DNA from: Escherichia coli O157 typing phage 15 | Sequence record: KP869113 | Length of the DNA stretch: 64,000 nucleotides | Strand: one strand, 5' to 3' | Shown: positions 24,138 through 32,511 of the stretch, in pieces | Layout: each line of letters starts with the position of its first letter | How positions within the stretch are numbered: position 1 is the stretch's first letter | Translations under genes and position numbers: made by a program | Notes under the pieces: model-generated | The model's database searches: none | The model's input: the letters and a program-made list of their open reading frames with translations, nothing else | Told to the model about the DNA's origin: nothing

Positions 24138-25612
24138 TATTTATTTGCCTTATTTGCTGTGCTTGGGTCTTTCGCTGAAGGTGTCTTTGCAGTACCTTCT
24201 CCAGCGGTCTTATAACCATCTCCTGAACGGCTTTGGCTATTTGGAGAAAGCTTTTCAGATACTGGCTGAGACTCATCAGCAGGAGGAAGACCAATATGCT
24301 CTCTAAGCTTGTTAGATAGCTCTTTGTCAACTTCCAAAGCACCTACTGCAACAGTCTTCTGAATATAAGAACCAATTGCTTCAAGGTCTGGAGTTTCGAT
24401 ATCATCATATGTGATTTGTACATGTTCTTCATCATCCCACATATTAAGAGCATAAGTCTGTGCAACTAAGTCACGGTTAATTACGTTCTTAATTTGCTTC
24501 AGCAGAATATCTACTGACATCGCTAATAAGCTTGTCTTAGAATCTGCAAGAGAGAATGAACCGTATTTTGACTGACCCATAGCAAGAACATCTGACATAA
24601 ATGCCATCATAATCTGCTTGGAGTATCTGTCAATAATAGAACCTGTATCGTATGCTTTAGCACCCTGTCTAGAAACTAATGAGAACTCGAAAATATCCTC
24701 TTTAGTATCTGGGTCGATATATCTAGGCCAGATTAAACCTGCTCTGTCATTAGCAATCATATCGTTGACAACAGTTTTGCAGTATTGTACGAAAGCTTTC
24801 TTTTCAGGTTCTGCATTTTCATCCAGATAATCTGGTGGTAAACCAATCTTTGGCATACCTACCAAGTCTCTTGAAACACCAACAGCTTCATACTCTTCAA
24901 TCTGTACTTTATACTTCCACGGTACATAAGCATTAAGTAATGGTGAACGACCTTCTGGATTTCCATATTCATCGTCATACTTGAACAGCATGAATTTAGC
25001 TCGTGGAAGTTTTCTTGTTAGTGGTCTTTCTCCGAGATTAATTGCTCCAGCAATATGTGAAACATTTCTCAGATTCTGCCTAACACCTGTAACTTTTCTA
25101 AAGTCTTCGTCAAAATACCACTTATCAAGTGTTGATTGGTTTCTGATTGGTAATTTAGCCCATCCAATTAGACCATCATCAAATTTAGACTGGTACTTTC
25201 CTTTTTTACCCTGACGCTTCTTATAAACTTTCTCGTTAACACAGAACCCATAAGTGCAGAATGACATTACAGAATTAATAAAATCTGCCCAATCATGCTC
25301 CATGTCATCCATTAAAGAATTAAAGAAGTCTGCTCTTTCAAGCATTTTAGGGTCTTGCTCTTTTCCCTTTGGAGGTACGAATCTCCAGTTGACTTTTCTG
25401 ACAAACATCTTAATAATATTTACAGATGCTGCTACAGCAGGGTCACGCATCATTAATTGGAAAGTTTTAATACTTTCAGGGAACCTTAGTGCCTGACGAG
25501 GTTCTTCATAGATTCTTCCATTCTTAACCTTCAGACCCAAAGAACCTACTTCACCCATTCTAAATGGTGGTAAGCTTTCTTGTGTTTCTGTAATATCTGC
25601 CATTCTTCTCAC
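24137..25612 (-). CDS. Portal protein
   Basis: 491 aa immediately downstream of large terminase; acidic C-terminus. Confidence 0.65.
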   Translation of the reverse strand: MRRMADITETQESLPPFRMGEVGSLGLKVKNGRIYEEPRQALRFPESIKTFQLMMRDPAVAASVNIIKMFVRKVNWRFVPPKGKEQDPKMLERADFFNSLMDDMEHDWADFINSVMSFCTYGFCVNEKVYKKRQGKKGKYQSKFDDGLIGWAKLPIRNQSTLDKWYFDEDFRKVTGVRQNLRNVSHIAGAINLGERPLTRKLPRAKFMLFKYDDEYGNPEGRSPLLNAYVPWKYKVQIEEYEAVGVSRDLVGMPKIGLPPDYLDENAEPEKKAFVQYCKTVVNDMIANDRAGLIWPRYIDPDTKEDIFEFSLVSRQGAKAYDTGSIIDRYSKQIMMAFMSDVLAMGQSKYGSFSLADSKTSLLAMSVDILLKQIKNVINRDLVAQTYALNMWDDEEHVQITYDDIETPDLEAIGSYIQKTVAVGALEVDKELSNKLREHIGLPPADESQPVSEKLSPNSQSRSGDGYKTAGEGTAKTPSAKDPSTANKANK

Positions 25613-25619
25613 CTAGCTA

Positions 25620-27236
25620 TCAACGTCTAAGCCCCTCATATGGGTTTCCTCTCACTAAATCTGTGTGAGCACCCATTGATGGTGGCTTGAATAATTTAAC
25701 TTCGTTAAGACTGTTGAAAGCATCACTGGTAGCATCCACTTGGTCATCTTTAGTTTTACCATCACCACAAAAGCCTTCAAGCTCTTGAAAGTAAGCTTCA
25801 TTCCAACTACCTCTCAAGACTTTTACAAGTCCAGCTTCAGAAGCAGCAGAAAATCCCGCAAAGCGGGTAACTTTATCTTTATTTGTTGGTTTGGCTCTTG
25901 CACGATAACCTTTCTCGGCAAGTTTCCTGATGAGGGATGTTGCGTAGGATTTACCAGCAGCGCCTGGGTCTTGAGGGATAAAAATACCAGTTCGCTTACC
26001 GTCACTTTCAGCAGTCAAATTAATTTGTGTTTCGACTCCAGAGGGTCTATCTCTAAATCTTACTACATCAATGATATAATAGCAACCGTCTTTTTTAGAT
26101 TTACCCATCTTAACACCTGCTGTCCAGTCTGGATTAGGGTTAATCTCAGATGGTAAAGTTGCTGCTAAGTCCCATGCTCTAACATCAAATACATCTTCTG
26201 GTAGTGAATCAACAATTTCACACCATTGTCTTTGCCAATAGTTTGAACCTTCTGCACGAGCCTTCCAGTTACCGAAACGAAGTCTTGCAACGTTTACAGG
26301 GGTGTTGTTTTCCAACTTACCACGGTACTTAGGCTCTAAGAAGTCAAGGATTGGGTTATCATCAATCGTACCAGAGATAAAGGTGTATGTTTGAGGAATC
26401 TCAAGAGGGAACATTTCAAGAATCTTGTCTCTCTCCCAATCAGAAACCATCACACCATCGTTCATTACATACCAACGAATACGACCACACTTTTCAGGGT
26501 CTGGATAACCTTCTTCATCTAAGAATGGCTCTACCCAATCGTAAATAAAGTGGTCTCTGTCTGGGTTCATAGAAATCTTCATGTATGAATCACCTTCAGC
26601 ACCAGAACGTAGACGGGTTTGTAGGTATGAAATCTGTGAAGCAGAGAAGTGTGTACCTTCGTCAAAGTAAATAGCTGAGTATTCAATACCCTGATGACCT
26701 TCAGCGTGCTTTTCAAGTTCTAGGTAGGTAAACTTGATAGTTGCCCCAGAAGGGAATGTGATAGTCATTTTCTGCTCGTGAGGAATCCCACCAAACTTAC
26801 CAAATAGTTTCTTTGCAGCAGGCCATAAACCACCTTGTAGCTGTGTTGTATTTCGACGGAAATATACAGCATTATAGTTAGGGTCTTCAATAAATCTTAA
26901 AGAGTCCATTAACAATGCAGCAGTTTTACCAGCACCAGCAGCACCACCATAAAGAACCAAGTCAGCATTAGTGTTTAAAAAGACCTCTTGAGAACCCGGC
27001 TGAGGGGCTACATAATTCTTATCAGTCATCAATTTAAAGATAAGGCGAACTTGGTCTGGTGTGTATCTTAATAAAGTCAGAATTTGAGTTGGAAGGAATT
27101 TAGAGGGGTCTTTACCGAATGATTTGATAATTTCTTTTACTTCATCAGAAAGCCCCAACTCTCCAGCTAGGACTTTCCTAACATCTTCCACTCGCTTCTG
27201 CTTAACAGCATTTAAGTCCATTAAGCACCTCCGCAA
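25620..27236 (-). CDS. Terminase large subunit
   Basis: Walker A VLYGGAAGAGKT near N-terminus; 538 aa; first large gene of late operon. Confidence 0.8.
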   Translation of the reverse strand: MRRCLMDLNAVKQKRVEDVRKVLAGELGLSDEVKEIIKSFGKDPSKFLPTQILTLLRYTPDQVRLIFKLMTDKNYVAPQPGSQEVFLNTNADLVLYGGAAGAGKTAALLMDSLRFIEDPNYNAVYFRRNTTQLQGGLWPAAKKLFGKFGGIPHEQKMTITFPSGATIKFTYLELEKHAEGHQGIEYSAIYFDEGTHFSASQISYLQTRLRSGAEGDSYMKISMNPDRDHFIYDWVEPFLDEEGYPDPEKCGRIRWYVMNDGVMVSDWERDKILEMFPLEIPQTYTFISGTIDDNPILDFLEPKYRGKLENNTPVNVARLRFGNWKARAEGSNYWQRQWCEIVDSLPEDVFDVRAWDLAATLPSEINPNPDWTAGVKMGKSKKDGCYYIIDVVRFRDRPSGVETQINLTAESDGKRTGIFIPQDPGAAGKSYATSLIRKLAEKGYRARAKPTNKDKVTRFAGFSAASEAGLVKVLRGSWNEAYFQELEGFCGDGKTKDDQVDATSDAFNSLNEVKLFKPPSMGAHTDLVRGNPYEGLRR

Positions 27237-27242
27237 ATAGAA

Positions 27243-27443
27243 TTATTCAGAGTCTGTAGCAGTCTCTTCTTTCTTAACTTCGAACTTTGCATCAACAGCA
27301 TCAAGAAGTGCATCCATAGATGCTTCTTTAATATCAATACCTGTTGCTACAGACAATCTGTCTGCAATTGCCATGATAGTATTCTGCATAAATTCTAGCT
27401 TTTTATTAGCTTCATAAAGTTCTTTATAAACGGTCTCGCTCAT
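27243..27443 (-). CDS. Small protein upstream of terminase (66 aa), possible small terminase subunit or head protein
   Basis: ORF with GGAGA RBS; helical, acidic C-terminus. Confidence 0.35.
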   Translation of the reverse strand: MSETVYKELYEANKKLEFMQNTIMAIADRLSVATGIDIKEASMDALLDAVDAKFEVKKEETATDSE

Positions 27444-27479
27444 TATGTTTTCTCCAAATAGTTAACCATGTTTCCCCTT

Positions 27480-27503
27480 AAAAAAGACGGCACAGAGACC
27501 GTC
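27480..27503 (-). terminator. Rho-independent terminator between tRNA array and late operon
   Basis: Minus-strand GACGGTCTCTGTGCCGTC followed by TTTTTT. Confidence 0.55.
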
Positions 27504-27562
27504 AAGGAGAAACCACAATGTACGTCAGAGACATACTGTATAAGTCTTCCTATAAAGTATAA

Positions 27563-27625
27563 CTCTGTAAAAAAGCCCTGTCTAAAAATACTCTTCGGTA
27601 GCGAAAGGAAGAATACTTATAGCAG
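27563..27625 (-). terminator. Long hairpin terminator at the 3' end of the tRNA array
   Basis: Minus-strand GCCCTGCTATAAGTATTCTTCC...GAAGAGTATTTTTAGACAGGGC followed by TTTTTT. Confidence 0.5.
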
Positions 27626-27665
27626 GGCATTATTATTATTTTAATTGAGAGAGAGTAAAATAACT

Positions 27666-27741
27666 TGGAGAATCCGAAGGGACTCGAACCCTTATAAACC
27701 TGTTTTGCAGACAGGCACATAGCCGTTTCTGTCACGGATTC
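27666..27741 (-). tRNA. tRNA-Cys (anticodon GCA)
   Basis: Acceptor GAATCCG/CGGATTC, T-arm GGGTTCGAGTCCC, anticodon stem CCTGT/ACAGG loop CTGCAAA, CCA encoded. Confidence 0.7.
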
Positions 27742-27745
27742 AAAT

Positions 27746-27838
27746 TGGAGGAAGATACCAGACTTGAACTGGTACACCGATTTCTCAGCTACTGGCAGTT
27801 TAGCAAACTGCTCCCTTACCTTTTAGGGTTAATCTTCC
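27746..27838 (-). tRNA. tRNA-Ser (anticodon GCU), long variable arm
   Basis: 93 nt; acceptor GGAAGAT/ATCTTCC, anticodon stem GCAGT/ACTGC loop TTGCTAA, T-arm CCAGTTCAAGTCTGG. Confidence 0.7.
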
Positions 27839-27840
27839 AT

Positions 27841-28575
27841 TTATTTCTGTAATGCGTTCTTCATTTCTGGTGTTGCAATAGTGTCAATTACACCAGTTTT
27901 ACAAGCATCATCAAACCAGTCTGGTAAGATACCTGCTAAGAACCCATTGATATTCGTTTTAAGGTACTCTGCAATAAGAGCAGCTTCTTCTTCAATCATC
28001 TGCACAACTTCATCTGCATAAGCTGTAATTTTTGAAATACCTTCATTAATCTTACTAACAGCTTGCTCAGCTAAATCAGAAATAGTATCAAGACCTTTGT
28101 CAATAGCATCTTGTAAGTCACTTAACACACCATTAACACTATCTAGTGCACTGTTAATCGTATCAATAGCTTTTTGACCATACTCTGTAGCAACACCCAT
28201 AATACCACTAAATGGTGTACAGCCAACTTGTTCACCTGCTGCACCCATAACATTAGAGTAACCTTTTGCTACCTGCATACGTGATGAAAACTCATCAATG
28301 GACTTTTGACCGTAATCTGTTAGTGTTTTGGTAGTTGATGTAGTGCTTGTCAGACTCGTGGTAAAGCTGTTAAGCAGAACTGTTGTAAGTCCAGCAGCAA
28401 CAATCTTATCCTTTACTGTAGGGTCTGATACAGAACTAATAGAGCTTACAAGTGATGTAGAGGCAGCTACGGTTCCACCGAGAACTGCTGCACCAGTAAT
28501 AAGGGGGTTAGAAAACCCTTTACCGGTTTTTAAGAGATTGAAAATCTCCTTACCTTGTTCTGTCATCTCTTTCAT
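27841..28575 (-). CDS. Hypothetical protein embedded in the tRNA array (about 244 aa)
   Basis: Track ORF 27841..28638 overlaps tRNA-Phe at its 5' end, so start moved to an internal ATG (28575 or 28566); Ser/Thr-rich, no recognised motif. Confidence 0.4.
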   Translation of the reverse strand: MKEMTEQGKEIFNLLKTGKGFSNPLITGAAVLGGTVAASTSLVSSISSVSDPTVKDKIVAAGLTTVLLNSFTTSLTSTTSTTKTLTDYGQKSIDEFSSRMQVAKGYSNVMGAAGEQVGCTPFSGIMGVATEYGQKAIDTINSALDSVNGVLSDLQDAIDKGLDTISDLAEQAVSKINEGISKITAYADEVVQMIEEEAALIAEYLKTNINGFLAGILPDWFDDACKTGVIDTIATPEMKNALQK

Positions 28576-28591
28576 TAAGCACCTTTGAAAT

Positions 28592-28667
28592 TGGTAGTCC
28601 AGTGGGATTTGAACCCTCTTCTCATGTTTTTCAGACACGCGCTTTAACCATATAAGCTACTTGGACT
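28592..28667 (-). tRNA. tRNA-Phe (anticodon GAA)
   Basis: T-arm GGGTTCAAATCCC, anticodon stem CGTGT/ACATG loop CTGAAAA. Confidence 0.6.
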
Positions 28668-28673
28668 ATAAAT

Positions 28674-28749
28674 TGGGGTGACCTACGGGATTTGAACCCG
28701 TATAGACCATGTTCACAGCATGGGTCATTACCATTTATGATAAGGCCAC
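28674..28749 (-). tRNA. tRNA-His (anticodon GUG)
   Basis: Acceptor GTGGCCT/AGGTCAC, T-arm ACGGGTTCAAATCCCGT, anticodon stem CCATG/CATGG loop CTGTGAA, CCA encoded. Confidence 0.65.
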
Positions 28750-28780
28750 ATTTAAGGACTCTCGTAAGAATCCTTAGAAG

Positions 28781-28856
28781 TGGCAGCGGCATAAGGATTT
28801 GAACCTTAATAGGACAGCTTCAGAGACTGCTGCATTGCCAGTTATGCTATACCGCT
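28781..28856 (-). tRNA. tRNA-Gln (anticodon CUG)
   Basis: Acceptor AGCGGTA/TGCCGCT, D-stem GCAT/ATGC, anticodon loop CTCTGAA, T-arm TAAGGTTCAAATCCTTA, CCA. Confidence 0.65.
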
Positions 28857-28861
28857 AAATT

Positions 28862-28940
28862 TGGTACTCCATATCGGATTCGAACCGATACATAACACAG
28901 ATTTTAAGTCTGGCCTCTCTGCCAATTGGAGTAATGGAGC
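28862..28940 (-). tRNA. tRNA-Leu (anticodon UAA), tentative; short variable arm
   Basis: Acceptor GCTCCAT/ATGGAGT, T-arm ATCGGTTCGAATCCGAT, anticodon loop CTTAAAA; D-arm CCAATTGGCAGAG as in the other Leu-type tRNAs. Confidence 0.5.
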
Positions 28941-28942
28941 AT

Positions 28943-29018
28943 TGGCGGGGGATGTTGGAATTGAACCAACTTCTTCGATTTCAAAGACCGAGGTTTTAAC
29001 CTTGTAAACTAATCCCCT
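28943..29018 (-). tRNA. tRNA-Gln (anticodon UUG)
   Basis: T-arm GTTGGTTCAATTCCAAC, anticodon stem TCGGT/ATCGA loop CTTTGAA, CCA encoded; possible 1-72 mismatch. Confidence 0.6.
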
Positions 29019-29026
29019 TTAAATCT

Positions 29027-29362
29027 TTACTTTCTTAGTGGATGAATAAAGAATGCCAACATAACTCTTTCCCTTGAAAATGCTCTTTCTTCTGGGACAA
29101 CACTTTTAAGTTTCCACCCAACATAAATTCTCCAGTAAAATTGTTTACCAAAGATTTTGATTGACGGCACAAAAGCGAATAATCCCCAAGCATTACTGTT
29201 CCACATTAGGAGATAACCAGTCTGATTATCTTCAGGGTTAGAACTTACGTTGATATTACCTTTCCACTTAGTAACATCTTTTACATCTCTTCCTAATACA
29301 TGGTAAGAGAAGTTATAAGCTTTGTTTCTCCAGAGCCATCCAACTCTCTGCATGTAGACACC
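29027..29362 (-). CDS. Membrane protein, 5' part lost in N gap (same gene as window 1..299)
   Basis: ORF 29027..29353 is the C-terminal part; 29286-29362 is identical to window 1-77. Confidence 0.45.
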   Translation of the reverse strand, partial: GVYMQRVGWLWRNKAYNFSYHVLGRDVKDVTKWKGNINVSSNPEDNQTGYLLMWNSNAWGLFAFVPSIKIFGKQFYWRIYVGWKLKSVVPEERAFSRERVMLAFFIHPLRK

Positions 29363-30082
29363 NNNNNNNNNNNNNNNNNNNNNNNNNNNNNNNNNNNNNN
29401 NNNNNNNNNNNNNNNNNNNNNNNNNNNNNNNNNNNNNNNNNNNNNNNNNNNNNNNNNNNNNNNNNNNNNNNNNNNNNNNNNNNNNNNNNNNNNNNNNNNN
29501 NNNNNNNNNNNNNNNNNNNNNNNNNNNNNNNNNNNNNNNNNNNNNNNNNNNNNNNNNNNNNNNNNNNNNNNNNNNNNNNNNNNNNNNNNNNNNNNNNNNN
29601 NNNNNNNNNNNNNNNNNNNNNNNNNNNNNNNNNNNNNNNNNNNNNNNNNNNNNNNNNNNNNNNNNNNNNNNNNNNNNNNNNNNNNNNNNNNNNNNNNNNN
29701 NNNNNNNNNNNNNNNNNNNNNNNNNNNNNNNNNNNNNNNNNNNNNNNNNNNNNNNNNNNNNNNNNNNNNNNNNNNNNNNNNNNNNNNNNNNNNNNNNNNN
29801 NNNNNNNNNNNNNNNNNNNNNNNNNNNNNNNNNNNNNNNNNNNNNNNNNNNNNNNNNNNNNNNNNNNNNNNNNNNNNNNNNNNNNNNNNNNNNNNNNNNN
29901 NNNNNNNNNNNNNNNNNNNNNNNNNNNNNNNNNNNNNNNNNNNNNNNNNNNNNNNNNNNNNNNNNNNNNNNNNNNNNNNNNNNNNNNNNNNNNNNNNNNN
30001 NNNNNNNNNNNNNNNNNNNNNNNNNNNNNNNNNNNNNNNNNNNNNNNNNNNNNNNNNNNNNNNNNNNNNNNNNNNNNNNNNN
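29363..30082. other. Assembly gap (720 N); true content is probably represented by window 77-721
   Basis: N run; flanks 29286-29362 and 30083-30160 match window 1-77 and 722-797. Confidence 0.9.
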
Positions 30083-30151
30083 CTCACTAAAGGACTTGAA
30101 CCTTTTTCTTCATCTTGTAAGGGTGATGTTTTACCATATAAACTAAGCGAG
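30083..30151 (-). tRNA. tRNA-Val (UAC), 3'-truncated duplicate of 716..790
   Basis: Identical to window 722-790; 3' end lies in the gap. Confidence 0.5.
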
Positions 30152-30248
30152 TATGAAAGAGGTCTGAAGTTGTGCCGCTAACTCAACTTCGTGGAATTTG
30201 TTACGGTCTTCAGTTGACTCAAAGCGGTCTTTCACTTGACCTCTGAAT

Positions 30249-30324
30249 TGGTGCTCCCACAAGGACTCGAACCCTGATAAGTTGCTTACAAGGCAACCGT
30301 AATAACCAATTATACGATAGGAGC
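30249..30324 (-). tRNA. tRNA-Thr (anticodon UGU)
   Basis: Acceptor GCTCCTA/TGGGAGC, T-arm CAGGGTTCGAGTCCTTG, anticodon stem GTTGC/GCAAC loop CTTGTAA, CCA. Confidence 0.7.
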
Positions 30325-30331
30325 ATTAATT

Positions 30332-30406
30332 TGGAGCATCCAGAGGGAATCGAACCCTCAACCTCAGTTTGGAAGACTGTAATTTTCCCGTTTAAACTAT
30401 GGATGC
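30332..30406 (-). tRNA. tRNA-Gly (anticodon UCC)
   Basis: 75 nt; acceptor GCATCCA/TGGATGC, T-arm GAGGGTTCGATTCCCTC, anticodon loop CTTCCAA. Confidence 0.65.
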
Positions 30407-30412
30407 ACTAAT

Positions 30413-30488
30413 TGGTGGAGTCACTGAGAATTGAACTCAGTTCCCAAGTTTGCAAAACTCGAATTTTAACCATATAAACTATGACCCC
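30413..30488 (-). tRNA. tRNA-Ala (anticodon UGC)
   Basis: Acceptor GGGGTCA/TGACTCC with G3-U70 wobble (Ala identity element), anticodon stem CGAGT/ACTTG loop TTTGCAA, T-arm CTGAGTTCAATTCTCAG, CCA. Confidence 0.7.
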
Positions 30489-30494
30489 ATTGTT

Positions 30495-30570
30495 TGGTAC
30501 AGGTGGAGGGAATTGAACCCATCGTCTTACTGATTAAGAGTCAGCCGCATAACCATTTTGCTACACCTGC
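30495..30570 (-). tRNA. tRNA-Lys (anticodon CUU); atypical T-stem
   Basis: Acceptor GCAGGTG/CACCTGT, anticodon stem GCTGA/TCAGT loop CTCTTAA; T-arm ATGGGTTCAATTCCCTC pairs only 3 bp canonically. Confidence 0.5.
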
Positions 30571-30577
30571 ATTAATT

Positions 30578-30654
30578 TGGTACACCTAGAGAGATTCGAA
30601 CTCACACTGAGCAGATTCTAAGTCTGCTGCCTCTACCAGTTGGGCTATAGGTGC
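30578..30654 (-). tRNA. tRNA-Leu (anticodon UAG), tentative; short variable arm
   Basis: 77 nt; acceptor GCACCTA/TAGGTGT, anticodon stem GCAGA/TCTGC loop CTTAGAA, T-loop TTCGAAT, CCA; D-arm CCCAACTGGTAGAGG. Confidence 0.5.
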
Positions 30655-30912
30655 ATTAAATCTTTTTAGAGAACTTCTAAGAACCTGAGCAACAAGGTTC
30701 CACAACAAGCGACTAATAACCTTAGAAGCCCTCTAAAAAGACCTAAATAGGTCTTTGCATAGTCTTGTTTAATCCGGTGACTAGAACCTTTGGAGAGCTT
30801 GATATTATCTCTTCTCCGTGACACCTACTAGGTGTTTTATCAGTGTGTACAACAATACACGCGGTATACCAAAGCAACATCCGAATGAAGCTTGGCTTTA
30901 AATCTTATTAGG
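30655..30912 (-). ncRNA. Structured spacer in tRNA array (candidate stable small RNA)
   Basis: 258 nt with no tRNA and no ORF of 60 aa or more; four local hairpins (GAACC..GGTTC, GACCT-AAAT-AGGTC, CACCT-ACT-AGGTG, GTGTA..TACAC). Confidence 0.3.
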
Positions 30913-31000
30913 CGGTAAGTAAAGGAGTCGAACCCTCACCGTATCTCTACAGTGGCAACTGTTTTCAAGACAGTTTGGCTACCATTAGCCGCTACCTACC
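30913..31000 (-). tRNA. tRNA-Ser (anticodon UGA), long variable arm; CCA not encoded
   Basis: 88 nt; acceptor GGTAGGT/ACTTACC, anticodon stem ACTGT/ACAGT loop CTTGAAA, T-loop TTCGACT. Confidence 0.6.
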
Positions 31001-31013
31001 CCTAATAAGACTG

Positions 31014-31418
31014 CTAAATACTTAACAGTCCTGCATGAACTTTCCTATGACAGTTTGAGCAAAGCACAACACACTTACGAACTTCACGCTTAATAGTTCC
31101 CCTAGAGTAAGTCTTAAGATTGCTTGGAGCAAAATCTTTCTCTTTAGGGTCTAAGTGATGAAAATCTAAAGCTACTGGCTCGGATTCACCACATATTCTG
31201 CATTTGCAAAACTTTTTATATCTACTAAGGAACTCTCTGTTTCTCTTTTTGTCATATTTTGCTCTAACTTTCCTTTTTGCTTTATAAGTAGGGTCTTCTT
31301 TGTATCTCTTTGCTGAGTACTTAGCTTTACAATCTTTGCAAGCAGACTGATAGCCATTCCCTCTTTTATGAAAGCAACTTAAAGGCTTCTCTTGAGAACA
31401 TTTTCTACAAAGTTTCAT
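31014..31418 (-). CDS. HNH homing endonuclease inserted in the tRNA array
   Basis: N-terminal CxxC...CxxC zinc ribbon; C-terminal HNH motif DFHHLDP...LCSNCHRKVH; lies between tRNA-Ser and tRNA-Trp. Confidence 0.75.
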   Translation of the reverse strand: MKLCRKCSQEKPLSCFHKRGNGYQSACKDCKAKYSAKRYKEDPTYKAKRKVRAKYDKKRNREFLSRYKKFCKCRICGESEPVALDFHHLDPKEKDFAPSNLKTYSRGTIKREVRKCVVLCSNCHRKVHAGLLSI

Positions 31419-31432
31419 ACAAGCACCTTTTC

Positions 31433-31503
31433 TGGCAGGGGTGTAGAGATTCGAACTCTAATCAAGAATTTTGGAGACTCTATTGCTGCCATAGCTCACC
31501 CCT
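31433..31503 (-). tRNA. tRNA-Trp (anticodon CCA), compact (71 nt)
   Basis: Acceptor AGGGGTG/CACCCCT, T-arm TAGAGTTCGAATCTCTA, anticodon stem AGAGT/ATTCT loop CTCCAAA, CCA encoded; short D-arm. Confidence 0.55.
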
Positions 31504-31651
31504 ATTAAAACTATAATTCGAAGCTTACCGTATTATCTCAACACTGTAAAGCCCCTTCTCAGATTATTTACATGTTCTGGAAAACATGAGATACAGACCA
31601 CCTCCCTACAGGAAGACCCGCTTAGGTCGTCTAAGTAATCTGCTAACTAAT
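31504..31651 (-). ncRNA. Structured spacer without canonical tRNA (candidate small RNA or degenerate tRNA)
   Basis: 148 nt; hairpin CTTAG-GTCGT-CTAAG; contains ATTCGAAG but no pairable T-stem or acceptor. Confidence 0.25.
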
Positions 31652-31728
31652 TGGCACACCCTACAGGATTCGAACCTGTAACTAACGATTTAGAAGACCG
31701 TTGCTCTATCCAATTGAACTAAGGGTGC
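31652..31728 (-). tRNA. tRNA-Arg (anticodon UCU)
   Basis: Acceptor GCACCCT/AGGGTGT, D-stem GTTC/GAGC, anticodon stem ACGGT/ATCGT loop CTTCTAA, T-arm ACAGGTTCGAATCCTGT, CCA. Confidence 0.7.
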
Positions 31729-32003
31729 ATTAACATTTTAAAGGGTACTCATTGCATTTAAGCCAAGCCCCATAAGGGATACCCTTTAGAATGTTGCCCA
31801 CCTTATTAATCATACCGTGGGCTAGTACGCCAAATTCTTTGATGAGGGATTGGAAGACCTCACTGGTGTTTAGCCTATCAAGCTACTGCCAGAAAAACAT
31901 TGTCGTTTGCATTTATTTTAAATTTGCAAAATAGACGCTACGCAACGAAAACTAAGGTTACTATAAAGTAGTCACATCTCAATGTCAACAACTTTATTGA
32001 AAT
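31729..32003 (-). ncRNA. Structured 275-nt spacer in tRNA array (candidate small RNA and/or internal promoter)
   Basis: No tRNA, no long ORF; hairpins AAGGGTA..TACCCTT and TTTGCA..TGCAAA. Confidence 0.25.
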
Positions 32004-32079
32004 TGGTACTGGTAGGTGGAATCGAACCACCGATGTTCCCTTATCAGGGGAGTGTTATAACCTTCTTAACTATACCAGC
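32004..32079 (-). tRNA. tRNA-Ile (anticodon GAU)
   Basis: Acceptor GCTGGTA/TACCAGT, T-arm GGTGGTTCGATTCCACC, anticodon loop CTGATAA, CCA. Confidence 0.65.
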
Positions 32080-32080
32080 T

Positions 32081-32157
32081 TGGAGGTTCAGATGGGAATC
32101 GAACCCACATTCATAGGGCTTATGAGACCCTTGCATTACCTTATCTGCGACTGAACC
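32081..32157 (-). tRNA. tRNA with anticodon CAU (Met, or Ile2 if lysidinylated)
   Basis: Acceptor GGTTCAG/CTGAACC, T-arm GTGGGTTCGATTCCCAT, anticodon stem AGGGT/GCCCT loop CTCATAA, CCA. Confidence 0.6.
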
Positions 32158-32235
32158 AGAATAAGTACCCTAGTTAGAGAAACTGTTGAGTGGGTGTTTC
32201 CAGCCGCGCAGGTGTTTCTTAGTTAAGGGTGAATT

Positions 32236-32311
32236 TGGTAGAAGTGGAGGGATTCGAACCCATCGCCTGTCAGATTAAAAGTCTGCCGCATCACCATTCT
32301 GCTACACTTCC
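32236..32311 (-). tRNA. tRNA-Lys (anticodon UUU); atypical T-stem, paralog of 30495..30570
   Basis: Acceptor GGAAGTG/CACTTCT, anticodon loop CTTTTAA, T-arm ATGGGTTCGAATCCCTC with only 3 canonical pairs. Confidence 0.5.
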
Positions 32312-32317
32312 ATTAAA

Positions 32318-32457
32318 TTATCTTTGTAGATAAGCTACCCAGACTTGCTTAAGGTCTGTAGCGATGTGCCTTTTTGGGTTTAAATCTAGAATTTACCCTT
32401 TCACCCTTTGTGGTCGCATACTCACAGGTAAGCTTAATAACTTATCTACAAAGATAA
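32318..32457. repeat. 17-bp perfect inverted repeat (TTATCTTTGTAGATAAG / CTTATCTACAAAGATAA) enclosing a 106-nt core
   Basis: Arms at 32318-32334 and 32441-32457; core has no tRNA and no ORF. Confidence 0.6.
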
Positions 32458-32511
32458 TTACCAGACCGTTGTTTATCATCTTAAGTGCTACCATTACACC
32501 AACTCGACATC

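Noticed and set aside
29293-30181. ORFs 29293..30087 (-) and 29300..30181 (+) consisting mostly of X
   Set aside because: Artefacts of the 720-N gap; only the 29027..29362 portion is real coding sequence.
31504-31651. Additional canonical tRNA in the spacer containing ATTCGAAG
   Set aside because: No pairable T-stem or 7-bp acceptor stem could be built around the T-loop-like motif; kept only as a structured spacer or degenerate tRNA candidate.
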